Part shown: piece by piece, positions 12,501 to 24,183 of the stretch
Numbering within the stretch: position 1 is the first letter of the stretch
Layout: each line of letters opens with the position of its first letter
Origin: Thecamonas trahens ATCC 50062
Taxonomy: Eukaryota; Protista; Apusomonadida
Reading direction: 5' to 3'
NCBI RefSeq assembly: GCF_000142905.1
Contig: NW_013657616.1
Span: 131,174-195,173, forward strand
Length of the DNA stretch: 64,000 nucleotides
The notes under the pieces: generated by a model
The model's input: only the letters and a program-made list of their open reading frames with translations
Told to the model about the DNA's origin: nothing
The model's database searches: none
Position numbers and translations under genes: made by a program

Positions 12501-15257
12501 CGGTGGCTGTGTCACGATCTATGGGAGAAGCTTTGAAGTCTCGGTCGAGATTGTCGACACGACGTTTGTCGACTGTTCTGCGCGCAGTGTCGGCGGAGCT
12601 GTCAACATTGCCTTGTCGACCAGTGTTTCACGATTTCTTATGACGCGAGTCTCCATTTCCAACTGCCATGCTGCCGAGATTGGGGGTGGCATACATATTC
12701 GGAGCGTCCAAGACGCGGTTCTGACGGATGTGACCATCTCGTCGACAAGTGCGGACCTGGCTGGCGGCGCTCTGGCCTGCGAAGATTTTTCTTCTTCCTC
12801 GGTGTCGTCTACCAAGGTTTGGGACCTGAGTCCTGTGGCATCGGGAACGTCGACTTCGTCTGTGACGATGGCTGGGTCTGGACTGTCTATGACGTCTGTG
12901 TCGGCAGGTATTGGCGGTGGCCTGTTCCTCTGCTCGTGCACTGTGAGTGGACCGATGACGATCATCGATGCTAGCGCAAGCGCGGCAGGCGGGGCCGGGT
13001 TTGGGTGTGTGAGCGAGCCTGCGGCGTTTCCGGCGTCGGGCCCGCCGGGCACGGTGTCGTCGAGCGTGGGAGCAGACGGCTACGGCCCGGGATGGGCGAC
13101 GGTGCCGGAGAAGTTTGTGTGGATCCAACCGCCGAGTGCGCGGATTGGATCGGCGCTCTTGCTGGCGGGCGTCTCGATCGAGCTTCTGGATGGAGTCGGG
13201 CAACGAGTGCGGGCGAGTGAGATTCGGATTGGAGTGACGATCCTGGACGTGGAGGAGGACAAAGTGGAGAACATCGGACCGACGGCGATTCCGCAGGCTG
13301 GCGACGGGAGCTTCTCGCTGGTCTCGTCGTCACTGGGCATGTACGGCCCGCCGTACGACGACGTGCCTCTGCGGCTCGAGGTGGGACTGACCGACGGGGT
13401 GCGGAGCGACCTGGCAAGCACGTCGACGATTGCGGTGACGCTGACGGCATGCCCGCCCGGAACCGGCGGTGGACCTGCGGACGAGTCGCCGTGGCTGGTC
13501 TGTACGGTATGCGGGGTGTCCGAGGTGTCTGAGGAGACATCGGTGGCGCCGTGCGCGCTCCGTGATCCATGCCCTGATTCGACGGTTGCGGTGGAGCAGA
13601 ACCGGACTGTGAGCTGCGTGTGCAAGGATGGTTTCTACTCGCACGCCGGGCGTGTCGAGGGTGAGGCGTGCGATGAGTGTCCTCCGGGAGGGCTGTGCGC
13701 GCTCGGCAGCGATGAGCCTGTTCCACTGGTGGGCTTTTACCCTGTGGGCGACGGCACGTTTGTGGCGTGCAGGCGTGCGGCCGGGTGCGTGGGAGGATCG
13801 AACGTGGCGCCGTGTAGGCGCGGATACTCGGGCTTTATGTGCAACGAGTGCGAGGCCGGGCACTACTCGGACGCGTCCGGGGCGTGCGTACCGTGCCCCG
13901 AGGCAGCAGTCTCGACGTTTGTGTCTGCGCAGGTGATAATTGTGCTTGTGGCCAATGGGGTGGCGGTTGGGGTTGGATGGGCACTTGTGCGGGCCGGAAT
14001 CCGGACCGGGACGGCGACGGGCGAGGTCAAGTCGCAGGCGCAGCTGATCCGGGCGTTTCGGCGGCTGACGTCGCCGGCGTCACCGTCGATGGTGCTTGTG
14101 GCCTTTCAGCTTGTGGGGCTTGTGGTGGACATAGACCTGGCGTGGAGCGGGGCGACACGCGACGTGCTCTCTTTTTCAATGTCTTTAACGTTGACGCCAA
14201 CCTGTTTGCTTCCGAGTGCGCGGTGGCGTCGTTCCACACCAAGTACGCGCTCACTGTCCTCCTCCCTGTTGTTTTTCTCGGACTTGTCTTTGGTACGCTC
14301 ATTCTGCTCAAGGTCGTGGCGCCCAAGGTGGGATTTTTCCACGGGCTGGATGAGGTGGCTGTGAGCACGCTGGCGGATGCGGTCTTGTTCACCATCACGC
14401 CGCTGCTGTACATTCCGATGTCTCGGGCGACGCTATTGATCTTTGACTGCGTGCGACTGCCAAACGGGCGGCTTGTTCTGGACACCGATCCTGGCGTGGC
14501 GTGCTTTGATGCGGCGTGGTGGGGTGTGGCTTGGTTGGGGCTCTGCTCTGTTGTGGTGTATGTTGTGGGCATCCCGCTGTACTTTGCTTACGCACTCGGA
14601 CAGCACCGTCACGAGCTCTTCTCGCCGCAGGTGACGCTCCGGTTGGGAGCGCTGTATCGGCTGTACCGGCGCAAGTTCTACTGGTGCGGCGTGGGCGAGC
14701 TCGGTAAGCGGCTAGTTATTGTGCTTGTGGCCGTCTTCTTCTCGGGCATGAAGCTGTTGCTCATCGGGACACTGCTTATGGTGCTTGTGACGTCGCTCCT
14801 CTGCGTCGCGCGGTGGCAGCCGTACTACTTTCCGCTGTACAACTCGCTAGACATGCGGCTCAACGCGGCGGTGTGTCTGGTTGTTTTCCTTGGCGCAGCG
14901 TCATACGCAGAGCGGCAGGCTTCGCCCAACTCCACCATGTTCCTCGTCTCGGCCATCGCGGCCGTCATCGTCCTCCTTGCGGTCTCGATCCACGGCATTG
15001 CCATGGACGTGATCCTTATTGTCCGTGACCGGCGGGCAACGTACCTTGCGGCCAACGATCGCCAGCGACGGCTGATGGCGGTCATTACCAGCGAGCTGCA
15101 GGACGTGGAGGCCGGACCGGACGTCCTCCGCGATGCCGGGCGCTTCCTCGCCTCGCTCGACTCTGCCGTCGCCGCCGGCGTGTCGTCGGTGGAGAACACC
15201 ACAGATGTGGGCGATCTCGGCGAGGTTGGAGAGGTGGAAATGGACGGGCTGATTTAG
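9521..15257 (+). CDS. Large surface receptor: signal peptide, FG-GAP repeats, GGA-rich beta-helix, Cys-rich repeats, multi-pass (about 7) TM region (frameshifts ~12031, ~14176)
   Basis: Signal MASTLTLTALTLLGILLL; many GDIDGDG/ADVDGDG motifs; GGAV/GGGI repeats; CxxC clusters; hydrophobic C-terminal helices in ORF 13839-15257; clear paralogy with 32935-38854 (NLFASECA, YIP...FDC.RLPNG, YFPLYN.LDMRL). Confidence 0.85.
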
Positions 15258-15535
15258 TGAAGAACAGAACACTGACTCACTGTGGAAGCAGTGGGTTGGG
15301 TTGGATGGAGTGGTCGGGCGATGAGAGTCTGTCTGTCTGGCAAGCCTCAGGCGGCCAGGCACACAATGTGTTGGTTTGGTGCGGTCGATCACTCCATCCA
15401 TCCATCCGAATAGTGCGACACAAGGGAGCCGAGGGCGACGACGAGGACGAGGAGGACGACGACGACGACAGACGGTGAAGCCACTCCCCCCCCCCCCCCC
15501 CCCCCCCCCTCCCCATATACCATATACCATATACC

Positions 15536-16888
15536 ATGGCAACTTACACGACGCCCGGAGCCATTGAGCTGCCTGCGCTGGGCATGAACCTCCACTTCCA
15601 CCCGTCCAACTATGTCCTGGCCGCCGGGTGTGTCGACGGAGCGCTCAACATGTACTCGCTGAGTGAGACGGCCGAGGCCAAGCTGATGTACACTGTGCCG
15701 TACAGCGATGGCAGCAGCAGTAGTGCTGTTGGGCAAAAGGCTGGTTCGACTTTTTCGGCTATTTCGGCTCGGGCCATCAAATCGTTGCGGGCAGCCGCGT
15801 TTTCACCCTCGGGCAATGCGATTTTTCTGGGCCATGCATCGGGCACCCTCAAGGCGGTGGATGTGGAGACGGGCAAGGGTGTGTGGACCATTCCCAACGC
15901 GACTCAGCCATCGTTGGCGCGTCGGTGGAGAAAGGCTGCGGGCGCTGCGGCAGAGACAGCGAGGGCGTTGGCGAGCGACTCGGCGGCGGCGGCGGCGTTG
16001 GCGGCAGAGGCTGCGCGCGGGCCAGACGAGTCGGTGGCAGGCGCGCTGGCAGCGATTCGGCGGTCGGGCAAGAAGGGCGGGAAGAAGAAGAAGGGCGGGA
16101 TGGCGTCGCGCGGTTTCGACTTTTACCTCGGCGGCGAGGGACAGGACGGCGGCGAGGAGGATGACGACGAGTTTGGTGGCGACGTGGCGACGCCGATCAA
16201 CGCGCTGCTTGCGCTGGGCGAGTTTGGGCTGGCTTCGGGTGACGACACAGGAACGATCCGGATCTGGGACGTCCGTGCGCCCAACTATGTGCGGACGTCT
16301 GATATGCACGAGGACTATGTGACCTCGTTTACGTCGCTCAACGACGGGTCGATGCTGATCTCGTCAGGCGGCGACGGGCGGATCGGGGCGTTTGACCTTG
16401 CGGGCAACCGGCCGCTCTCGCAGTCTGAGCCGCTCGACGACGAGATTGTGAGCGTGACAGCGCTGGCGGACGGGTCCAAGGTTGTGGCCGGGGTGCAGAC
16501 CGGTGAGCTCCATGTGTTTGAGGCCGGTTACCTCGGGGCGCCGCTCGACGAGTACGCCGCGCTCGGCTCGATCGAGGCCATGGTCAAGATCTCCGAGGGT
16601 GGGGTGGCGCTGGCGGCCGCTGATGGCTCGGTCCGTGTCTTCTCGGTCCATCCCAACAAGCTCGTCGACGTGGTCTCGGAGCACGACGTTGAGGTCTCGG
16701 CCATGGCGGTCTCGGGCGATGGCCTCCTCTTGGCGTCGACTGGTCACGACACGGTCATCCGCTTCACCAACCTCACCACCGTCCACGACAAGATCTTCCA
16801 GGCCCACTCGCATGAGCGGATGCCGCGTCGGAATGTGGTTCTGCAGTCGACCTCCGAGAAGCCCAACTCGTTCTTTGACGATCTCTAA
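15536..16888 (+). CDS. WDR55: WD repeat protein 55 / JIP5-like (ribosome biogenesis)
   Basis: N-terminal FHP motif; ASGDDTGTIRIWDVR; HEDYVT; SGGDG; SEPLDDEI; ASTGHD; C-terminal FFDDL typical of the family. Confidence 0.75.
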   Translation: MATYTTPGAIELPALGMNLHFHPSNYVLAAGCVDGALNMYSLSETAEAKLMYTVPYSDGSSSSAVGQKAGSTFSAISARAIKSLRAAAFSPSGNAIFLGHASGTLKAVDVETGKGVWTIPNATQPSLARRWRKAAGAAAETARALASDSAAAAALAAEAARGPDESVAGALAAIRRSGKKGGKKKKGGMASRGFDFYLGGEGQDGGEEDDDEFGGDVATPINALLALGEFGLASGDDTGTIRIWDVRAPNYVRTSDMHEDYVTSFTSLNDGSMLISSGGDGRIGAFDLAGNRPLSQSEPLDDEIVSVTALADGSKVVAGVQTGELHVFEAGYLGAPLDEYAALGSIEAMVKISEGGVALAAADGSVRVFSVHPNKLVDVVSEHDVEVSAMAVSGDGLLLASTGHDTVIRFTNLTTVHDKIFQAHSHERMPRRNVVLQSTSEKPNSFFDDL

Positions 16889-17880
16889 CCCTTTAGCCCT
16901 TTACGGTACGGAATGGACACATTTGTCCGTCGCGCAAGCCGCGCTCCGCGACGCTCCACAGACGTCGCCACGGCCATCAATCGCGGTAAAAGAGTAGTAC
17001 AATGCGTTAATGGCTGCCACAACAGAAAACAGTCGGCGATGCAGAGATGGACGCCGCACGCAGCGCAAAAGGTCCGCGGCCGCGATCGGTTGCCATGAAG
17101 CTTCCGGCCAGCGAGGCAGTCGCGTCGCACGGCGGCTTGTTTGGGAAAGTGGTGATGACGAGCAGCCGCTGCAGAGGGACGCTTCCGCTTGCGCGACGGC
17201 GCGGAGCTGACGGGGTCGGCGCTGGCGGGGAGGGTGTCGATGATGTCGTAGAGAAAAGCCACGCGAGTCATGGCGGGGCGTGGGATCGTGTCAGCGTAGA
17301 GCGCGTACGCGTTGATGAGCGCGGCGCCTAGAGTCCGATACAAGATGGCGTGCCACCACTTGCGCGTGCTCGGCGGCGCAGTGGAGAGCGAGGCGCGCAG
17401 GCGCGAGTTGAGGTCGACGCCGCCCATGTGGTCGCTGTACTCCGTGACGATGAGACGGCCGGGGCGGACGACGCTTTGGCGCTCACTCCGGCTCCAGCGT
17501 CGCACGGTCGTCTTGGCGAGCAACGACGATGTCGTTGAGTCTGGAGGACGAGAGCAGGTTGCCAGGAAACGGCACTCGATCGAGTCCTTCCACGCGACAA
17601 CAGCGAGGTCGTCGCCCACGTTGCACACAACGGCGTCGCTGGGACGAGCGTCGGGCGGCAGGCCCCACGTGCGAGCCACGCATCGGCCTCTGCGGACGGT
17701 GTTCGCCGCCCGATGCCCGCGCGTCGCGAGAGCGTGGAAGAGCTGCGCGCTCGAGTCGTACGAGTCCATGACAATAGTCTGCGGCGAGGCCACGGGCGCG
17801 ACGAGAGCGAGCACGGTGACGATTCGTTTGATGATAGTCTGCGGCGAGGCCACGGGCGCGACGAGAGCGAGCACGTTGTG
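16885..17880 (-). mobile_element. 5'-truncated piggyBac-like DNA transposon relic
   Basis: Translation IVMDSYDSS..LF..L..RG..AANTVRRGR, WKDS, YSDHMGGVD, RKWWHAILY...INAYALY and a C-terminal Cys-rich RTFCAACGVHLCIADCF; terminus-like CTAA|CCCTTT at 16885-16894. Confidence 0.88.
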
Positions 17881-18225
17881 TTTGATGAGAGGCATTGATT
17901 GTGTGGGGTGTGACGATTAATTTGATGAGAGGCATTGATTGTGGGGGGTGTGACGATTAATTTGATGAGAGGTATTGATTGTGGGGGTGTGGGGGGGGGG
18001 TGTGACGATTAATTTGATGAGAGGCATTGATTGTGTGGGGTGTGACGATTAATTTGATGAGAGGTATTGATTGTGGGGGGTGTGGGGGGGTGTGACGATT
18101 AATTTGATGAGAGGTATTGATTGTGTGGGGTGTGGGGGGGGTGACGATTAATTTGATGAGAGGCATTGATTGTGGGGGTGTGGGGGGTGTCGATTAATTT
18201 GATGAGAGGCATTGATTGTGGGGGT
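17881..18225. repeat. Minisatellite, core GATTAATTTGATGAGAGGYATTGATTGTG with variable G/T spacers
   Basis: Cores at 17915, 17955, 18007, 18047, 18097, 18146 and 18192, plus a partial copy at 17881. Confidence 0.95.
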
Positions 18226-18744
18226 GGCAGCGCGCGGGTCGACGAGTCGGCAGCGAGCGAAGCAAACAACGGCACACCTCACGACGGCAGCCATTTCACG
18301 AGTACGTAGCCATTGCAGGGAGGGTACCAGCAGGTAGCGAACTAGCCTCGCATACTCTCCATACTACCCTCTCTCTCCTCATCTCACTGTATCCATGGGC
18401 ATGTCCATGGGGGGTGGTACCAGAGGCTGAGGAATGGTGGTGGCGGTGGCGGTGGGGCGGCGGCGGCTAACCGACGCAGTGCGACATGGTTGGCGGGTGG
18501 CGGGGAGGGAGAGGGGAGGGGAGGGGGGAGGGGGGTGCACTCATCATTTTTTTTGAGGGTATGGTATGGGGACTCACGTGTGATACCATGTGTATGCTGC
18601 GTGGCTACTGCTTGGGGGTGTGGAAATGGTCTGCGTGTGGTCTTTGGCTCTCTTTTTCTCCCATGTCTCCTTTGCCTGTGGCGAACCTGGCGTCTGGCAT
18701 AACACCGTGAACGGACGGCGGCTGGGCTGCGGGGCTGTGGCTGG

Positions 18745-18810
18745 CGATGGCGATGGCGATGGCGATGGCGATGGCGATGATGATGGCGATGATGATGTCG
18801 ATGACGATGT
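18745..18810. repeat. (GATGGC)n/(GAT)n microsatellite
   Basis: Read directly from the sequence. Confidence 0.9.
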
Positions 18811-18823
18811 GTGGTGGTTGTAG

Positions 18824-19938
18824 TGGAGGTCCACAACGTGCTGACGGACATGGAGGTGCTGGCAAGGGCAACTGGGTACACGCTGTCGTTGGAACAGCAG
18901 GCGGCGCTGGGATCGTCGCTGGCGTTGCTGCAGACTAATCTCAAGTTTGCCTCGGTTCGGTTTGTGGGCAAAGTGCTCGGCGTGTCGGGCGACTACTTTG
19001 TGGCGCTGGGAACGGCGGCAAACGTGCTTGATGGTGAGGCGAAGCGGGCGTTCATCTCGACCGACTGTGCGTCGTGGGTGCAGCTGCCCAAGCTCGAGCC
19101 GGAGGAGCTGCCGTACATTGCTGCGGCACGTGGGCGGTTCTCGGGCGAGCCGTCTTGGGAGTTTGTGGTTCCGGTGCCGGCGGGGGCAACGCCGCCAGCG
19201 ACGCTCAAGGGCGCGCGGTCGATGGAGGACGGCGGCGGGGCTGGTGATGCGTCCGAGTACGGCGACGAGTCGTCGGCATACGGCGACGATGAGGCGTCGG
19301 AAGGCGGCGAGGGCGGAAGCAAGGTCCGACGGCACAAGTTTGTGCGAGTGTCGGAGGAGAAGCGGCTGGCGTACCTGGTGGAGACGCTCGAGTTTGACGT
19401 GGCGGTCGTTCCGCGCGGCGCGTACCTCAAGACGGCGACCGAGGTGGTGACGGCGAACCCGACGTTTGCCGGGCTTCCGGTCCCGATCTCGACCTCGCTC
19501 GCCATGTACTGCCACTTCCGGCCGGCCGTCCGCCTCCTCACCAAGTCGCTCCTCGAGCGCGAGGCCGACGATGCACACCTCGACTTTATGGACACGCTCG
19601 ACGAGGACGTGCCGGCCGGGGCGTGGTCGGTCAACTACGACGTCGCCACGCAGACCGTCACCCTCCGCTCGCTTCTCTGGCCGGGCGCCGTCGCCTTCCA
19701 CGTCGCCGGCACCCGCAAGTTTGGGTACGCCTACTTTGGCACCGGCGAGAAGAACTGGAACCTGCCGTTCATGCTGCCGACCAAGGCGGCGATCGACGCC
19801 GCTGCCGCCGCCGCCGCCGAGGCTGCTGCTGCTGCCGCCGCTGCGGCTACGGGCGCCGGCGAGGTTCCCGAAGGCGAGGCTGCTCCCGGTGGGGAAGACG
19901 ATGATGGAGTCGATGCCTACGAGTACGACGACTATTAG
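18824..19938 (+). CDS. RSPH9: Radial spoke head protein 9 homologue (probable upstream exon; first in-frame ATG 18850)
   Basis: GKVLGVSGDYFVA; RGRFSGEPSWE; EEKRLAYLVE; VVPRGAY; NPTFAGL; DFMDTLDEDVPAGAWS; LRSLLWPG; YFGTGEKNWNLPFML; TAG acceptor ending at 18823. Confidence 0.93.
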
Positions 19939-20339
19939 ATGTGTGTGTGGTAAAGGCGTATGGGCTGTGCAGCCAAGTGTGCTCGAGGCGTGGATCCCCC
20001 CTTGATCCGTCCCCCCTTGAGATCTGTCCCCCCTTGATCCCCTTGATCCGTCCCCCCTTGATCCGTCCCCCCACCAGTGCTTGACCCCCCCATCTACACC
20101 ATGCCCATCCCCCCCCNNNNNNNNNNNNNNNNNNNNNNNNNNNNNNNNNNNNNNNNNNNNNNNNNNNNNNNNNNNNNNNNNNNNNNNNNNNNNNNNNNNN
20201 NNNNNNNNNNNNNNNNCCCCCCCCCACCACGCCACCATGACGACACGACCCGATCACGACGCGTCGTCTCCCTCTCTGTACCCCCTTCCCCTCCCCTCCC
20301 TCCCCTCCGACACACTTGACTCGAGTACACCCACTGGCC

Positions 20340-23300
20340 ATGCTCCGTAGTGTTCTCCATGCAGGACGGGTGTGCAGTAGAGGTGTTGTGAGCTATGGCC
20401 TTGGTGGTGGTGGTGGTGGTGGTGGTGGCCTCTCCGCCATGGGTGTGGCGGGACGGGTGGCGCATGGCTCGTCTATTGCTGGGGTTCCCAGAGGGGAGGG
20501 TACGTAGGCAAGAGGGGGGTATGGGCATGGGTGATGGTGGAGGTGATGGGGGTGATGGTGGTGGGGGGTATGGGCATGGGTGATGGTGGAAGGTGGTGGG
20601 GGTGATGGTGGTGGGGGGTATGGGCATGGGTGATGGTGGAGGGGGGTATGGGCATGGGTGATGGTGGAGGTGATGGGGGTGATGGTGGTGGGGGGTATGG
20701 GCATGGGTGATGGTGGAGGTGATGGGGTTGATGGTGGTGGGGGGTATGGGCATGGGTGATGGTGGAGGGACTCACATCGCCGTACAATCAACGTCATCGT
20801 CGTCATCGTCAACGTCAACGTCATCATCATCGTCAACGTCATCATGGCCATCGTGCTTGTCATCGTCTTCAATGCCACAGACCGTGTCCCGCTCAACCTA
20901 GCCCGCGGCGATACGGTGGGATCGTTTGTGGTCGAGTCGGTGACGCCGGTGCCTGCGCTGGCTCTCGACGCCATCGAGCTGCGGCATCCGAGCGGGGCGA
21001 GCTATGTGCATCTCGACACGGCGGATACGCACAACACGTTTGCCATCGGCCTGCGGACGCCGCCAGAGTCAGACAATGGCGTCTTTCACATCCTCGAGCA
21101 CATGGTGCTCTGCTCGTCGGCCAAGTACGCCGCCCGCGATGTGTTCTTCAACCTCTCGCAGCGGACCCTGGCTACCTTTCTCAACGCCATGACCGCTGCC
21201 GACTCGACCATCTACCCCTTCTCCACTGTCCACGCCCAGGACTTTGCCAACATCCTCGACGTCTACTGCGATGCCGTCTTCTTCCCCAACCTCACCAAGC
21301 ACGACTTTGATCGCGAAGGCTGGCGCCTCGAGCTCGACGAGGCCTCGCCCGGCGGAGTTCGCTATCACGGCATTGTCTTTAACGAGATGAAGGGCGTGGT
21401 GACGGACCCTGCCGCTTGGTTCTACTACCAGCTCAAGGCGCTCCGTGCCGGCGCTCCGCTCGACCGGGCCAGCCTCACCGTGCCGCGCGGCGGCGCCGCC
21501 TCGCCGTACGCTTACAACTCGGGCGGCGACCCGCTTGCCATCCCGTCGCTGACCCACGACGAGCTCCGCGCCGCCCACGCCAAGTACTACTCGCCGGCGA
21601 ACGCGCTGTTCTTCTCGTACGGCGACCTCCCGCTCGCCCACCACATCGAGTACCTCGAGGACAACGTGCTCTCGCGAGTCCCGCCATCGCCTGCCGGCTC
21701 CATTGTCCTCCCGCCACTCCCGCGGACACCCGCTGCCGAGCGCGCCGTCATTGCCGGGCCCTTTGACTCGCTCTCGGCGCCCGACGCACAGGTATACCAC
21801 GGCTCCGAGTGGCTGGCTCATGACCTCGGCTCGGCCTCGCCGGCGGCCAACCTCAACTTGCAGCTCCTCTCGTCGCTCCTGCTCAACGGCGCAGCGTCGC
21901 CGGTCTACAAGGCCGTCATCGAAACCGGGCTTGCCGCCGACTACTCTCAGCGGACCGGGCAGAATACCGAGATGGCGACGGCCTCGTTGGGCATCACCTT
22001 CCAGGGCATCTCGTCCAAGGCCGGGGCGACGGACCGCATCGACGATGCCGTCGCCGCCGCCCTAGACTCGGTCCGCGCCGATGGCTTTGACCCGGCCCGC
22101 ATCGACGCCCTCCTCCACCAGATCGAGATCTCGCTCAAGGCCCGTCCTGACAACTACGGCCTCGCGCTCTCGTCGTCGCTCCTTCACTCGACCTCGCTCG
22201 GCGCCTCGCTCCCGGACCTTGTCCGCATCGAGGAGACCCTCGACGAGTTCAAGGCCGACCCACAGGGCGCGCTGGCGGCCACGCTTGACGCGCTCCTCGC
22301 CTCCCCGCCGGTCACCCTTACCATGGAGCCCGAGCCCGAGTTCCTCGCCTCCCGCGACGCCGCCGAGGCCGCCGCCCTCGAGGTTGCCGGCGCGGAACTC
22401 TCCGCGGGCGCAAAGGCCGAGCTCGAGGCGGTGACCAAGACCTTCTACGCCCGTGAGTCCGAGGACGTCTCAGCGCTCGCCGACACGCTCCCGGCCATCT
22501 CCATCGACGAGTGCTCCGAGGAGCTGACGCGGCGGAACGAGACCGTGATCGCCGCGCCGTCGGGCATCTACACCCACGACGCACCGACCAACGGCCTGGT
22601 GTACGTCCGGGCGCTGACGCGGGTGCCTGACGAGCTCGCACCCGAGTCGGCTGCGCTCCTCCCGCTCTACGCCTCGCTCCTGCCCTCGCTCGGCACCGAC
22701 GGCGGGCGCGGCAAGGTCCCGTACGCCACCATCGACCAGGAGCTCCAGATGAAGGCCGGCTCGCTCTCGGCCGGCATCTCGCTCGCCGACGCGCTCGATT
22801 CGTCGGCCCACTTTACCGAGCGGGTCAGCGTGTCGGGCTCGTTCCTTGAGGCCAAGAGCGCCGACGCGCTCAACCTCTTTGCCGAGATCCTCACTGCGCC
22901 CGACTGGACCGACACGGAGCGGATCGGGACGCTGGTGGCGTCGATTGCCGGCGAGCTCTCGTCGTCGATCCAGTTCTCGGGCCACTCGTTTGCGGCGCTC
23001 AACGCGCGCTCGCGGCTCAACCGGGTCAACGCGCGCTCGGAGCTCTTTGACGGCCTCTCGCAGCTCAACGTCCTCGTTCCGCTCGCCAACGAGCTCGCCG
23101 CCGTCGACTCGCCGGCCGAATCACCGCTCCTCGCCTCGGTCATGGACGCGCTCGGCGGCCTGCACGCCCGCATGATCGCCGGCGCCTGGGGCCAGGGCTC
23201 GGCGTTCTCGGTCGTCGCCCCGACTGCCGCCGACTACGTGGCGCCGGTGGAGGACTTTGCCGGCGCGCTTGGTGCGCCCATCACGTCGTCGCCGCTCCCG

Positions 23301-23942
23301 GCGTCCGCGCCGTCGCACCCGGCCGGTCTCCCTTCACCCGACGCCTTTGCCCCCGCCCTCCGCTCCGAGTACGTCGTCCTCCCGTATCAGGTCCACTACG
23401 TGGCGTCAGCCATCCCCACCGTTCCTGCCCTTCATCCCGACGCCACGCCGCTTTCGCTCCTTGGCTCGATCCTCTCGTCCGAGTACCTCCTCCCGGTTGT
23501 GCGGCAGAAGGGCGGTGCGTATGGCGCGGGCGCCTCGCAGTCCTCGGGCGCCTTCACCTTCTTCTCCTATCGCGATCCGCAGTCGACGGCCACCCTCGAC
23601 GCCTTTGCCGGCTCGGAGGCCTTCTGCAACTCGCTCTCCGACGCCGAGCTCGGTGCCATGCTTGCCAGGGCCAAGCTCCGCGGCGTCGCCCGCCTCGACG
23701 CCCCGCTCGCGCCCTCACAGTTTGGCGCCGCCTACTTTAACGCCGGCGTCGAGGACGACGTCCGTCAGCAGCTCCGCTCGGCTCTCTTTGCCGCCTCAGT
23801 CGACGATCTCCGCCGCGTCGCTGCCGAGCACCTCTCGGCCTCTGCCCCGCGCTCGTCGACCATCATCGGTCCTGGTGGCGCCTCGGTGCCTGCCGGCGAT
23901 GACTGGGTTGTTGTTGATCCTGCTGCCAATGCCCGTGGCTAA
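20340..23942 (+). CDS. PITRM1: Mitochondrial presequence protease (M16C; PreP/Cym1), join(20340..20499,20881..23942)
   Basis: Arg-rich presequence MLRSVLHAGRVCSR; GTACGT donor at 20500 and CAG acceptor ending 20880 are phase-compatible; HILEH inverted zincin motif; FLNAMT; GIVFNEMKG; SGGDP; PTNGLVY; VRQKGGAYG; SYRDP. Confidence 0.93.
20518..20770. repeat. Intronic GGT/GAT-rich minisatellite (GGTATGGGCATGGGTGATGGTGGA core)
   Basis: About five imperfect copies inside the presequence-protease intron. Confidence 0.85.
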
Positions 23943-23947
23943 CGGCA

Positions 23948-24120
23948 CACAATCATTGGCCAACGATCATTGTAGCTCCCCTCCCCGGCACAGACACGGA
24001 CACAATCAATGGCCTACGATTAATCACGTTCCCTCCAAGCACAGACACGGACACAATCAATGGCCAACGATTAATCACGTTCCCCCTCCCCTCCCCGACA
24101 CAATCAATGGCCAACGATAA
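23948..24120. repeat. ~50-nt imperfect tandem repeat, core CACAATCAWTGGCCWACGAT
   Basis: Copies at 23948, 24001, 24052 and 24099. Confidence 0.85.
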
Positions 24121-24183
24121 CACTCGAACAACGGGACAGCACTCGACTCAAGGGTGAGACCGCCGTGTTCCGCAGCTCTCGCC

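Noticed and set aside
16886-16900. Interstitial telomeric repeat (TAACCC)
   Set aside because: Only one exact unit; better explained as a piggyBac terminus.
17881-18225. CRISPR-like array (29-nt constant core with variable spacers)
   Set aside because: The spacers are short G/T homopolymer variants of each other rather than unique sequences; there are no cas genes and the context is eukaryotic.
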